Source: Lama glama (lineage: Eukaryota). Taken from it: DNA of 64,000 nucleotides. Each line of letters starts with the position of its first letter. Positions within the stretch are counted from its first letter, which is position 1. The stretch is taken from positions 4,714,001 through 4,778,000 of the forward strand of contig CM052816.1 in NCBI GenBank assembly GCA_028534125.1. Reading direction: 5' to 3'. Below the pieces are notes generated by a model. The model was given only the letters and a program-made list of their open reading frames with translations, was not told where the DNA came from and searched no databases. Shown here in pieces: positions 1 through 11,790 of the stretch. A program made the position numbers and the translations under genes.

Positions 1-684
1 GACACTCTGGGGAGAGCTGCTGTCTCAGGAGCTGCTCCTTCCTCCCGGAGCTGGCCTAACACGGCCGCATTGCTAATTCGAGCTGTCAATGAGCACTAAC
101 ACAGGCATTTCAACTCCAGGTGTGTCTGCCCGTACCAAGACATGCTTAGCAATGAGAGGAAGTACGTTTCCCAGTCTTCTCCGGAGAGGGCACAGGCCGA
201 GGGGTGGCTCCCGCCGGACTCCATCCCTTCCCACCCACAGGTCACAAACCTGAAAGGATGGGATAAAAGACAACGCTACCTCTTCCTGCCAGGCGGCACC
301 TTAGTTCTTGCTGGGTGTCTGAGAGACTTAGAAATAGTTTCTAGTCCCTGTTTTGAGCCTCCACAAGAATGTCGCTGAGGGTAAAATATTCATCTCTGCA
401 GAAAGCAAGGCGGCAAGGTGAATTCTTTCCTGCTGCAGCACAACATCTTATTTTATTCTCTTTGGTACAGTAAAGGCGAAGTGCCGCCCCCGTCACACCC
501 TGCCAGCACCACCTCCACCCCCCAGAGAAATTTTAGGGAGAGTCATACCACAAAATCCTTCCTGACGCCTGATACTTCTTAATCCTCCAAATCAGGAGAT
601 TCCACCCCAAGTAAATTCAAAACACATTTTCTGAGTCCAAGAGCTAAGATCTGCAGAATATATGAAGATAAGCCAGGCTGGCCC

Positions 685-1261
685 TGTTGGGGCTCAGAGA
701 GGGCTTCCACGAAATATGCCTCAACAGCATATTGGTTATTTTGAATTACAGTTACCTGAGAAACAGCCAATGGCAAGAGGACACTCTGACCCTCCTTCCT
801 GTCTCCCTGAAAGCATCAAATAAATCTTTCCTGTGAAAGATTTCCTTCATCTGGAGGTGAAAGGAAACGCTTATCACGAGAGATACAGAATTCAGGCCTC
901 GAAGCCTGTGTAAACAAACCTTGTTCCTTCCTTAATTTACTCCCCCAAGCCCATATTCTGCTTAGACTCTTCACTAATTGAGCACCCAAAACCTAAGTTT
1001 CTTTGTCCCGTCAATTCCTCACAAAATTTATTAGTTTTGTTTTTTGGGTTTCTCTGTTTGTTTTTATTTGTGTGTGTGTGTGTGTGTAAAAAGTATAAAA
1101 GCTGCTTTGGCCACTCCTTAGGTCCGATTTCTATGAGACCTCCATGTGCATAAAATAAAAATTTTTTTCTCTCCTGTTCATCAGTTTTCCTTCAATTTTG
1201 TCATTAGCCCAACCACAAGAATTCAAGAGGGGCAGAGGGGCAAATTTTCTCCTTCCTGGCA
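685..1261 (+). mobile_element. ERV1-class solo LTR, MER34-like
   Basis: Starts TGTTGGGGCTCAG and ends ...CAAATTTTCTCCTTCCTGGCA. TATAAAA near 1093 and AATAAA near 1154. Both termini resemble MER34-family LTRs. A (TG)n run lies inside. Confidence 0.75.
1069..1087. repeat. (TG)n microsatellite
   Basis: About 9 TG units, seen directly. Confidence 0.9.
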
Positions 1262-1607
1262 GTTCTTACTCTTAAGGAACTGACAACCTAGCTTGGCATC
1301 TTCATTTGTTTGTTTATTTTTCCACCTAAAAAGAATCGAGGTAGCTTACAAAAATGCAAATGCTGCAATGAGGGAAAATCAAACTTAGAATAAGGTGGAG
1401 AAGAAATCAGGGAAGAAATGAGGACAAGCAGCATAAGGTGAAGAGAGGACTGGAGTTATGAAGTTAGCACCCCAACCTGCAGGCTGGAAAATCCTCCACA
1501 CTTGCCAGGTGTGCTCCCCACCTGGACTGTAAGATCTCTAGCAGACTGGATATATCGTCTAGCCCAGGAGACAAGTCAGGTGTCCAGGTCACGATGAAGA
1601 CAAAAGG

Positions 1608-1821
1608 TGTGAGCTCTGGGGCCAGATCACCTGGATTTTTAAATCCCAGCTCCCAGGCACGTGATCTAAGGGAAATCACTCCATTTTTCTAAATTGCAGT
1701 TTATATGTAAGCTCAGATTAATAGCACCTTCTCTACAGGGTTATGTGAGAAATAAAAGAATTCATGTATGTAGGAATGTAAAGCACCCATTATATAGTAA
1801 GTGCTCCATAAGTGTTGGCTC
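1608..1821 (+). mobile_element. MIR SINE
   Basis: AATCCCAGCTC...AATAGCACCT...AGGGTTATGTGAG...ATAGTAAGTGCTC; MIR body and 3' end. Confidence 0.75.
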
Positions 1822-2119
1822 GTGCAAGAGAGAATATGACAAATGTTGGAACAGAAGTTCGAGTTCATGACTACAACAACAAAGAAGGAAAAGATGGATT
1901 TGGGCTGAGGATAGGGGAGGGGCACAGACTGGGGATCACTTTATCACAGTGGCAGTAACCAAATGAAGTGGAAGAAAGAGCATGGCTGGTAGATGGAAAG
2001 AAAAGGGAAGAGTTTAAGCAGAAGGAACAGTATGAGCGTTAAAATAGGAAAGTACAGCAGGTGCTCGGGGAAGAGTAGGTCTTAGAGAATCCAGAAATGA
2101 AGTAGTTTTCTACCATCAC

Positions 2120-2340
2120 TGACCTAGCCAGGAAACTTGTGATCGCAAGTGACAGAAACCCAGTGCAAACTGACTCAAGAAAACCAAAGAGGTGGGTTGT
2201 ATGACCACCTAACACTCAGAAGCTCAGGGGCTCCAGACACAACTGGATCCAGGACTTCTAACCATCCATTGCCAGAGTTCAGTTTCTCTCCTCTCAGCTC
2301 TCCTCTCCTTCATGCTGAATTCCTTCTCAGGCAGGAAAAC
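2120..2340 (-). mobile_element. Old MaLR LTR fragment (MLT1J/K-like)
   Basis: GCAAGTGACAGAAACCCA...AAACTGACTCAAG resembles the antisense MLT1 3' end. Confidence 0.5.
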
Positions 2341-2479
2341 TACCCCGAAGTTCCAGGTTTCATCTACCCCATCTCAGGCCAGTGGAAATGCCCATAGCAT
2401 CATCTCTTAAGAGGTAAATGAGGAATTGGGGAGTATTTTAGAGAATACTTCTGTTCTCCTTTGGGGCACAAAGTAGGGC

Positions 2480-2799
2480 GGCACTTCCCCAGCCCCCTCT
2501 GCAGTAAAAGGGGCCCAAGAGACTGGCAGTAGCCGAAGAAATATGAGTGGATGTGAGCTTCTCCACATTCAGGTGGGAGCTTCGATAGGCAGCCACATCC
2601 TCTTCTGTTGCCATGGTGATTATGGTCCTCTTAGTCAAAAGAGGACTCTGTCACCGTGGGTCACTAATGAGCAGAACTCCTAAGCCGACCTTCTTTGAAC
2701 TTGCAGCGTAAGTGAGAAACATGTTTTTGTTGTATTAAGTCACTGAATTTTGAAACTTTTTGTTACCACAGCATAACCTTGCCTATCCTAACTGATACA
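2480..2799 (+). mobile_element. MaLR LTR (MLT1H/I-like), 3' part
   Basis: Ends TTAAGTCACTGAATTTT...TGTTACCACAGCATAACC...TCCTAACTGATACA, a typical MLT1 terminus. The 5' boundary is uncertain. Confidence 0.65.
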
Positions 2800-2824
2800 G
2801 AAAGAAAGAATCTCTAGTGGGATC

Positions 2825-3228
2825 TGTATTGGGGTTCTCTAGAGAAACAGAACCAATATGACGTGTGTATGTGTATGCAGAGACAGAGACAGATTTTAAG
2901 GAATTGGTTCACACAATTATGGAGACTGGCAAGTCCAACGTCTTCGGGGTGGGCCAGCAGCCAGGTAACCCAGGAGAGCCAATGGAATCCAAAGGATAAT
3001 CTGCCAAAGGAATTCCTTCTTGCTCAGAAGAGATCAGTTTTGGTTTTTTATGGCCCTCGACTGATTGGGTGAGGCCCACCCACACTGTGGCGGACTTTAC
3101 ACCAAGTTCACTGATTAAAATGTTCATCTTATCCAAAAACACCCTTACAGAAATATCCAGAATAATGTTTGACCAATTATCTGGGTATCATGGCCCAGCG
3201 AGGATAACGTATCAAGTTAGCCATCACA
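2825..3228 (-). mobile_element. ERVL solo LTR, MLT2 family, full length
   Basis: TGTATTGGGGTTCTCTAGAGAAACAGAACC ... AGCCATCACA. Perfect 5-bp TSD GGATC at 2820-2824 and 3229-3233. Confidence 0.92.
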
Positions 3229-4188
3229 GGATCCAATCCACGATGTTGGAGGGAGCCAGCACTGTTAAGGCTCTTTGCAGGGACTTGGTCAGAATTCCCT
3301 TCTGAGGGAAACTGTAACTGAACTCATGATATACACCTTAAATAAAAGCTTCACCTCCCCTCTCTCAGGTCATCCCCATGATATTCTTGAGTCTAGAGAA
3401 AAAGCTTATTAATCTTACTTTCAGTATTGGTTCACTCAGCAGCTAAGGCATCAGATTCTGTTTGTCCCATTCTGGTCCACGTCTCTGTGCCTCCTTCAAG
3501 CCATGTCTCCTCAAAACTCCCTGCTCTCCTTCAACACATTTTCTTCCACAGACCTAGGCATCAGTACCACATGGCCTACCACAAAATGCAGGGTAAGAAA
3601 GAGTGGCTTAAACCCCAGGTTTGGATAGATTTGTGCAAATCCCCAGGAGCTGGTTATCCTGATCATATCTGACAAAGTCTCCTTTAAACTATGAGTCATT
3701 GGCAGGTTTGGATCTTCAGAGCTCCTCATGAGCCAATGAATCATCTTTTAATCCCTTTTCATAATCTAATGGAGGCAAATTCGCAGAACTTCTGCGGCTT
3801 TACCCAGGAGGTAGCCTCAAGGTGTTTGTAAAAGTGAACTGGTATTAGAAATGGGTCAGGCACATGAGGTACAGATAGGTAGGCAGCAAGGGAGTCAGCC
3901 CTTCCCGCCCAGCAGGGAAAACCTTTACCAACACTGTAAGATGGGCAACGTAACCTTTGCTCACCCAAAGCCTCAACTTCCCGAGCTCCTCCCTTCTTTA
4001 CTGGCACAATCTCCCTCACTTCTGATGCTCTCTGACAAATCAAAAACACCACATGGGTAACCCTCTTGCTGTCTTTAAAAGCACCCACTCATCACCTCAG
4101 TGCCTTTCTCCCATGTGGCTAGCAGAGTGTGATCTGACCAATGTATTTCACGCCACAGTATTAATTAGTGATGAGAGCTTGACTGTGC

Positions 4189-4465
4189 AAAAACAAATAC
4201 CATATGATATCACTTACATGTGGAATCTAAAAACTACAACAAACTAGAATCTAACAAAAAAGAAGCAGACTCACAGATATAGAGAACAAGCTAGTATAAA
4301 ATAAGCTACAAGCATATATCCTACAACGTGGGAATACAGCCAATATTTTATAATAACCATAAATGGAATATAACCTTTAAAAATTGTGAGTCACTCTACT
4401 GTACACCTGTCACTTATATAATATTCTACAGTGACTATACTTCAAGTATAAAAATAAATAAAAAT
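4189..4465 (+). mobile_element. L1 3' UTR fragment with A-rich tail
   Basis: ATATCACTTACATGTGGAATCTAAAA...CAGACTCACAGATATAGAGAAC...ACTATACTTCAA...AAAAATAAATAAAAA. Confidence 0.85.
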
Positions 4466-4959
4466 ACTGCTCTAGGGGAAAAAAGAGCTCTACTGTCAAC
4501 TTTCTCAAAGGCCTTCGCAAGTTAAAAGAGAGTTCTTTCAGGTATCAATTCTTATCAAACTTATAAAATTGTGATGTGCTTTTCATCTCCCTCTGAACAG
4601 TTACCCTGTCGCTATTAACAAAGCCCTCGATACTCCATGCTTTTCTAGGCCAAAACTTAAGCATCCAACACAGATGCATGAATACGGGTTTGTGCTTTTA
4701 GACAATTACCACTTGAGAGAACCTGACCTTTCCCCCTACTCTTTCACACAGCCTGTGTCTTCATGCTATAAAACCATGGGACATCCTCCACCCTTGTCAT
4801 CTGTCCTTCTCTACCCCTGAGGAGCAGACTAAGCCTGCAAACAGAGAAACTGCCATACCTCATGGGGAGGACGGTAAAAGTGATGGGAACGGAGCACTGG
4901 AAACAGAGGCAGGAGCACCAACTCTGCCCAGATGGCACTGCCCCCTTAAAACTCTTGCA

Positions 4960-5151
4960 TTTATTTTTTCTATTGAAGTGTAGTCAATTTACAACGTTGT
5001 GTTAATTCCTGGTGTTCGGCATAGTAACTCATTTATATACACATATACATACATTCTTTTTCATTATGGGTTACTACAAGGCATTGAATATAGTTCCCTG
5101 TGCTGTACAGTAGGATCTTGTTTATCTGTTTTATATGTAGTAATTAGTATC
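4960..5151 (-). mobile_element. L1 3' end, cetartiodactyl type
   Basis: TATTGAAGTGTAGTCAATTTACAAC...TTGAATATAGTTCCCTGTGCTGTACAGTAGG. Confidence 0.85.
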
Positions 5152-5213
5152 TACACGTAATAAAGTCCAAAGCAAATTACTACCATTCAAAAAGAAATAG
5201 CTCAACAAGAACC

Positions 5214-5310
5214 CAGGCTGCCATACTGCACAAATCCAAGGCCCATAATTTTACAATTATCCAAGTGAAAGTTACCCCCTGGAGCTGTGCAACAGAGCAA
5301 TGCTGTCAGG
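5214..5310. mobile_element. MER91-like hAT-Tip100 MITE remnant
   Basis: Imperfect palindrome TGCACAAATCCAAGG ... CCCCCTGGAGCTGTGCA. Confidence 0.55.
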
Positions 5311-5849
5311 CGGGTACAGCGCAGTTAACCATAGGCTCTTCCATGACTTTGCAGGTTTACCTGTTCTGTGAAGTTAATGGAGATCCTTTTGGACTTCAAA
5401 AGCTTTAATAGATTTCTATGAATGAAAAACTAACCAAGAGTACCAAGCGGGTATGAAGCTTCCACACAGGACCTAGTGAAGGAGAAGGGGGAGACTCCCC
5501 AACATAACCCAACTTTTGATACCCATAGAATCAAATATAAATCATACCCATCTTAGCAAAAGTACTGTTTGGCTCTATGATATCTGTCCCTTATGGTTGA
5601 TGAATATGCTGTGACTAAGGTTTTGGTTGGAGAACTTAAAACTCTCTCCATGTGGTTCACCACGTATTGCCTAGAAGTTTCTAGAATTCTTTTTTACATT
5701 CCAAATTTCTCAGCAATCATTTTAAATTTAGTGTTTCCCCTAGTAAAAGAGTTTTCCCTCCTAACTTTCCAGTTTGTGTTCATGGCACCGTTTTCACAAT
5801 GTACCCAGCCAGACTAGCCAAGCCAACTGTTCTGTCTTTCCCAATCAGC

Positions 5850-6890
5850 TTGTCAAGCCTGCTGATTCTGCCCCTAGAAGTTTACTATCACCTGTCTCCA
5901 TTTCCACACCTCCAGGTACCACCTCTTTCTCACCTAGTTACCTAGACTGAAAAGTCCCTTCTCTAATCCTTCCCCAACACTGTTTCCTCCTTTAATTGAA
6001 ACCTCAAAAAACTCTACTGCTCTGTTCAAATGCCCTCAATGGCAATTAAGTACAACTCTGTTCTGGCACCAAAGAGTGTCTGTAACATGGCCATCAGCTG
6101 CTTCACCATCCATCTTCCTGTTCTACCACTGTTTTTCAAAATATGGCCTTGTCCTGCTGACGAGTCCCAGGGGTCCCCAGGTCCCCCAGTGGACTATGAA
6201 CTGATCCAAAAATCCCAAGAGCTAATTTTGATCAATTCCATAGATGACTGTTTTTACCTATGACTTAACGTTTTTGCTGGAATCTACTAAGTAGGTGAGG
6301 GGACCAAAATAAGCTGTAATTAATGCCACTGGAGAGTTTCTCAAAGACTCTAATTAAGCATTTCATAAATTCCTTGGCTGCCACACAACACTGAGAAGCA
6401 ACTACACATGTGTATGTGTGGATAAATGGAATCCTGATGAATAGGTGTGGGTGGGATGAGTGGACTGTGAGGTATGGCACTAAATGGTCCCCAATAAAAA
6501 AAAAAAAGTATTAGAAACACTATTCTAGGAATTACCTAAATTCCAACCAGACTAATGTACTGTTCTCTTAAAAAGTCTGTTTGCTTTCCCGACTCTCTGC
6601 CTTTGTTAGTTCACTTCTCTCTGCTTAGGGTACCCTTCCCACATCTAACTGTGTAAATATACCGCCCCCTGCCCCATTTCAAAAACTCCCTACCCCATCA
6701 ACATGATGCTAAAGTCGCTCTTAAATCCCAGGTGGTCCTTGCAAATCTCCTATTAAACAACTCACTCCATCACACATTATCATTATTAATCCCCTTCTAG
6801 TAATGCCTCTCCTTGAAGATAGGTATTGTGCTTAAACTATCTGCATCTATAAGCAACTGGTACAGTGCCTTACACATAATGATCACCCCA
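5850..6890 (+). mobile_element. L2 LINE 3' region, interrupted by a DNA transposon
   Basis: L2-like pyrimidine-rich segments at 5850-6126 and 6541-6890, ending ACAGTGCCTTACACATAATG. Confidence 0.6.
6127..6522. mobile_element. hAT-Charlie-type non-autonomous DNA transposon
   Basis: Degenerate terminal inverted repeats CACTGTTTTTCAA / TTAGAAACACTA. Flanks TTCTAC and TTCTAG resemble the Charlie target motif. Confidence 0.5.
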
Positions 6891-7414
6891 TATTTTCACA
6901 CACATACGCACATGGCACGAGCCACAGGGATATTATCTACATTTGTGTTTTCCTTGGGGTTATAAAATAGTTTATTATATAGCTGAAGAACTCTGGCTAA
7001 CATAAATGGAACTGCGGAACTTTTCAATTCCCAAAGGTAGTTATCACATACATAATTCCATTACAAAATTATCAGTAGACTGGATGAAGCATTTTAGGAA
7101 GGAAATGGCAGAGACGGCCGAGCCTGGGGCCTGCTGAGAATTACAGTACCACCAAAACTTCTACTTCCTTTTCCTGAATCTGAAAACTCCTCTCCGCAAC
7201 TGATCTTCTACCCCTTCCCAGAAGCAACCCCTCTGCCATGCTTTTCTCCTATACACACACACGTACACACAAGTTGCCACGTGGCCACTTTAGGAAACTC
7301 CCTAAATGTTTTCCTCATCATTTGCTTGCGCCTTTAAAACATCTTACAGAATTAAAATGCAAAAATTACACTTTCCTAATGGGCCACCGTCTAAAGCTAT
7401 ATTCCAAGTCCTAG

Positions 7415-7650
7415 AAGGCAGCTGGGGCGTAATCAAAAGAAAACCGGCCATGGAATGTCATTAGCAGGATTTCAGGTTCCAGCCCTGACCCTTTCCAGCT
7501 GCCTCTCATTGGAAAAGTCATCCTCTCTGAATCTCAGTGTCCTCGTCCTTAAGGTGGGCATCCAAACAAATCCCTATATGCTTCAGAAGGCTTTTCTAAG
7601 AATTCAATGCAACGATGAATCTGGAACATCTATGTAAGCGATCAGGTGTG
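7415..7650 (+). mobile_element. MIR SINE
   Basis: GGAAAAGTCATCCTCTCTGAATCTCAGTGTCCTC core. Confidence 0.7.
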
Positions 7651-7702
7651 CAGGAATTATTTCTGCTCTATTACTTAAGAGGAGCTAACCTCGGGGGTTG
7701 GC

Positions 7703-7786
7703 GGGATGGGTATAGCTCCGTAGTACAGTACATGCTTAGCATGCACGAGGTCCTGGGTTCAATCTGCAGTACTTCCACGAAAAGAA
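7703..7786 (+). mobile_element. Camelid tRNA-Ala-derived SINE (Vic-1-like), short form
   Basis: GGGTATAGCTC...CATGCTTAGCATGCACGAGGTCCTGGGTTCAATC plus a short A-rich tail. Confidence 0.85.
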
Positions 7787-8535
7787 GAGACAGAAGTTAT
7801 TCTAAACCCCAGGGATTTCAACTGATTTTCACACAAGTGCAGAATATCGTCTAGTTTTAGTTTGTAATGTGACCTCAGACCTTCTGTAAGATACCCTGGC
7901 TGAAAAGTCTGGACTATGCACTTGATCAGAAGAAAAACACAGGCGGGGAAAGGAAAAAAAAGAAAAAAGAAAAACAAGATTTCTTGATATTGTCAAACAC
8001 TGAGAAATGACACCTTCGCGTCTACGAGGACCCTTTTCTGGTTCCGATAGTCCAGGTAGAGCTGCCCCAGTTACTCGTTCACCTGTCACATGCACAGGGG
8101 GTGCCGAGGCTCCAGCTAAGAGCAGAGTCCCTGCTGAATTCACAGCCACCTTACATAAGCTTCCGTTGTTGGGGAATTCAACCTCTGTCTCCTGGAAAGC
8201 AGTCAAAGAACTCCAAAGGCACTTCGGCCAGCATCGCTGCTCCTCCCCACCAAGGAGCAGATGAGGAGTGAAATGGCCAACATTTCCCACCTCAAGACTC
8301 CGCGCAGCTAAAGCCACTGCAAAATGGGAAGAGCCAGTTCCCCAGGCTCTCAGGACTTCAGGCTTGGTGGTCTGGCTCCGTGCTGCGGACTGCGATGCCA
8401 GTGGAGATGCAGTCCTGAGTGAGCTGATTATTTTCTCCCTAAGAGGAAAAGTCTGGTCTCAGGTGGCAGACACTGCATGCCTGATACTCTCCAGTCATCT
8501 AGCAAATCAGATGTGGGGGGGGGGGAGGTAGGAGC

Positions 8536-8925
8536 CATTCGTTCACTTATTCACTCATTCACTCATTCATTCAACAAATATTTGCGAAGCCCTTCCTATG
8601 TGCTCAGTGTTATTTCAGTGAGTGGAAACAAAACTGAGAAGAACTCTTATTGTAGAGTTTCCTTTCTATTGTGTGGTACGGGATGGGGAGTGTACTGGGA
8701 GATGGAAGGGAGACGAATGAATGAAGGAATAAAACGAGGTAATTCCAGACAAAGAAAGGGGTCATTAAAAATGATACAGAGTAATAGGTCAGAAATCGCA
8801 GAGTAGATGGGGGAGCGGTTTTAGTTTCCAGGTAAAGGAAAGCCTGTCTCAAGAGGGGACATCTGAGCTAAGAGTCAGAAGGATTCAACTGTGCTAGTTT
8901 CTAGGGGAAGAATAGTCTGCACAGA
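8536..8925 (-). mobile_element. L2 LINE 3' end
   Basis: (CATT)n-like tail CATTCATTCAACAAATATTTG...CCTATGTGC. Confidence 0.8.
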
Positions 8926-9213
8926 ATGGGGGACATGTCCCTATGAGAAACCCCACCCCTTCTATCTGAAGTGCATGTTTGACTTGCAGTGCTCCCACGA
9001 TGGAGTTTCCATTCACAGCTCCTTAATGCACTTCAAGAGTCATGGTACCCACGGAACGTACACCTCTAAGCCTCTGCAGCCCAGAAGCATGTCGAAGGCG
9101 GATCAGCAAATGATCTGCAGCCCCAATCTGCCCCTGCGACATGGGCCATGCCTTAATCTTTCAGTCTCTTTTCACAGAAAAAGTATCCTAGAAGAGTGAG
9201 AGAGAGAGGATAT

Positions 9214-9315
9214 GGTGGGCGGGTGGGTGGGTGTGTTTTTGTGTGTGTGTGGATATATGTGTGTGTGTGTTTTACACATATATCCAAGCGTATATGTATA
9301 CATACGTGCATATAC
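9214..9315. repeat. G-tract plus (TG)/(TA)-rich simple sequence
   Basis: GGGCGGGTGGGTGGG followed by TG runs and TATG-rich sequence. Confidence 0.8.
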
Positions 9316-9679
9316 CTAAACACAATAATTTAGACCGAGCTTCCAGGCATGTCTGTAAAACAGTTTGGGATGGCCCTTAGAAATTTCATGTGAAGGAACC
9401 TAGAGGAAAAACCTTGGGCAAACAGAGGACTGTTACGTCTACTGATGAGCTTGGTGTCCTTGACCTCCACCCACTACCTCGCACCCACCCCAGGCCTGGA
9501 CAGAGGTTTGTGTCTAAGCCAGTTAGAGGAGGCAGAAGCTGGAAGAAAGGTTTTAAGAGATACATGGAGCTGATGTGGGGATCAGGCAACCACAGGCAGC
9601 TTAGCAAGAGAACAGGACATTGCGGACAGAGAACACAGTCCTGCTCACACACAGGTAAGGATTTGCACCGGTGAGTATC

Positions 9680-9820
9680 TCAATAGAAAGCCTCTTCTTC
9701 AGGGATATGTCTGTTTAATGTGTACCTCCCCTCAGTGAAATATTCCTAAGGCTAGGACCTCAGGGATGTTAGCATACTGCCTGGAATATAACAGATTCAC
9801 AATGAACTTTTGTTGAATTG
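9680..9820 (+). mobile_element. L2 3' end fragment
   Basis: TAGCATACTGCCTGGAATATAACAGATTCACAATGAACTTTTGTTGAAT. Confidence 0.55.
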
Positions 9821-10919
9821 GCTCCATTCTTACAGAGGTCACAGGCAATAATGGCCAAAGAGGGACATCACTGAGGACTGAGCAGACCAGAGCACACAGG
9901 AGGGGATTATCTGCAAGCACATCAGGCACTATGTACACCCATAAATATACAGGGGCAAATTATATACATTAGGAGGGTGGCAAGAGGCAACATAAGGTAG
10001 ATAATTACCATTGACTGGCTCCCCTTGTACCAGAGATGAACAGCCTACAGATGCAAATGATCCAAGTTAATATGGCATTTAGGTGCTTGGGAAGGCCATC
10101 TAGATGTCCACAGCTGAGTTATTACATCATTTGAAACTGTAAGGAAATCACTCTGTTGGAGTATACACTCTGAACTTGGTCCCAAGTAGATGCTGTATGC
10201 AAAACCAGAACAGGACTAAGCACCTGGCTCCACTTGTCTGCCCCAATTTCCTCGATAGTTGCTGCCGCTCTGACCACCCTACAGGGTAATTCAGGTGATA
10301 GGAACATCCTTGTTCTACTCAACAACTCTAATGCCTTGAGCTGTAGCTCTGTGGTCCATGCTGGGAAGACAACGTTTTTTTGTTTGTTTGTTTTTTGTTT
10401 TTTGGACAAAGCAAATTCACTATTGCATATGGCTTTGCATAGGCGGTCCAGTAGGATGTACTTAGGAGATCTTCCAGGGGAATTTGGACCTTGGTCACTG
10501 TGACGAGCCAGCAATCTTCCTTCCATCTCCAGTTTGATTGTCTTCTTTATATGCTTGCAATCCTCTTGAGTGCTTAACTGGACAAAGATGAGCCCTTCCT
10601 GAGGTCTGTGCACCAACTCACATGCACTGGAAGACCCCACATATGCACACTTCAACAGGGAATACTCCCAAGGACTTCTAAGTTATTGACTTTTAGAAGC
10701 CATTGTTATATTAATAATGCAAGCTTTAGGCATAGCAGAGGGGCCCTACAGAGGCCCTGGCTGAGAAAGGAAGATGCAAACGTTCAGTACTTCCATCGAT
10801 GACGAGATTCCTCGATCCGTCAATGAAGCCAGTGCCCACTTGTGCTCTCTCTCCGTCTCACACACACTCACACAATTCATTCATTGTAATAAAATGGCAC
10901 TAACAATATGATCTTCTAT

Positions 10920-11112
10920 CCATGTTCAAATTCTGGCTCCACCACTGATAATTTACTTGACCAAGTTTCTTGACTTTGCCAAGTCTTAGCTTCCTTGCCA
11001 GAAAAATGAACCTAAGAATGCCTGACTACCAGAGGGGGGGAGAAGGATGATGACATGAGATAATGTAAAAGCCTTAGCAGTGTCCGACACTCAGTAACGA
11101 TTCCATGTTAGC
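10920..11112 (+). mobile_element. MIR SINE
   Basis: GTTCAAATTCTGGCTCCACCACT...ATGAGATAATGTAAAAGCCTTAGCAGTGTCC. Confidence 0.8.
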
Positions 11113-11599
11113 AATGAAGAGGGGACCTAAGAGAACCCCACAAAATTCCTTACTATAACCTGAGTACCGATGACTTGGGCAGGTAGGGAGATGCCAAGTA
11201 TGTAACACCTGGTGATTCCAGGCACTAGTTGAGCGGAGACTGTGGGTGAGTGTCGAAGGCAGGGATGCTCTGGTTCTCACTATGGAGATGACCTCACGAG
11301 AGCCACAGGCTGAGGAGTCTGGGGACATAAGCACACCTAGCAGGTCCCAGTGACTCTCGGCCCAGTGACAGAAACCACAAATCCTCAGGTTAGTCCTGCA
11401 GCAGTTTCTTCCTCTGACCCTGTCCAGGGCTCAGAGGGAACGCAGCTCCACTTTTCCAGCTACGAAAAAAAGGACTACGGATCTGCCCTGTGCCCAAGGC
11501 CTCCTCCATGAAGATTTTTGAGTTCTGTCTCCTCAAAGACACTGCCACTTCCTCCTGGTCACCCCGGTTCCTGATAGCTCTGGTTCACAGTCAAGAGGG

Positions 11600-11790
11600 G
11601 AGTGCAGAAGTTACGGCGGTCACCAGTTCAAGTCCCAGATGTGCTGCCTTCTAGCTGAGGGACCCTGGGCAAGTCACCTGACTTTCCTGTACTTTGGGTC
11701 TTCATCTGCCTGTAACAAGGAGAGAATGGCTAGCATTTACTTCCTAAGGTGCTGCAAGGACTAAACAAGACTAAGAATAGAAAGCCTTCA
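11600..11790 (+). mobile_element. MIR SINE
   Basis: GTTCAAGTCCCAG...CTAGCTGAGGGACCCTGGGCAAGTCAC. Confidence 0.75.

Noticed and set aside
3244..4140. Possible ancient LTR-like segment starting TGTTGG
   Set aside because: I could not establish the second terminus, a TSD or a family, so it is left unannotated.
7829..8317. 162-aa minus-strand ORF and overlapping plus-strand ORFs
   Set aside because: It runs through a low-complexity A-rich tract and resembles no protein I know. The DNA is unique but there is no coding evidence.
8931..8940. Perfect p53 half-site GGACATGTCC (similar at about 31910 and 62251)
   Set aside because: Isolated half-sites with no adjacent second decamer.
10493..10505. 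Near-consensus oestrogen response element GGTCActgTGACG
   Set aside because: A single one-mismatch site inside a probable TE relic; expected by chance in 64 kb.
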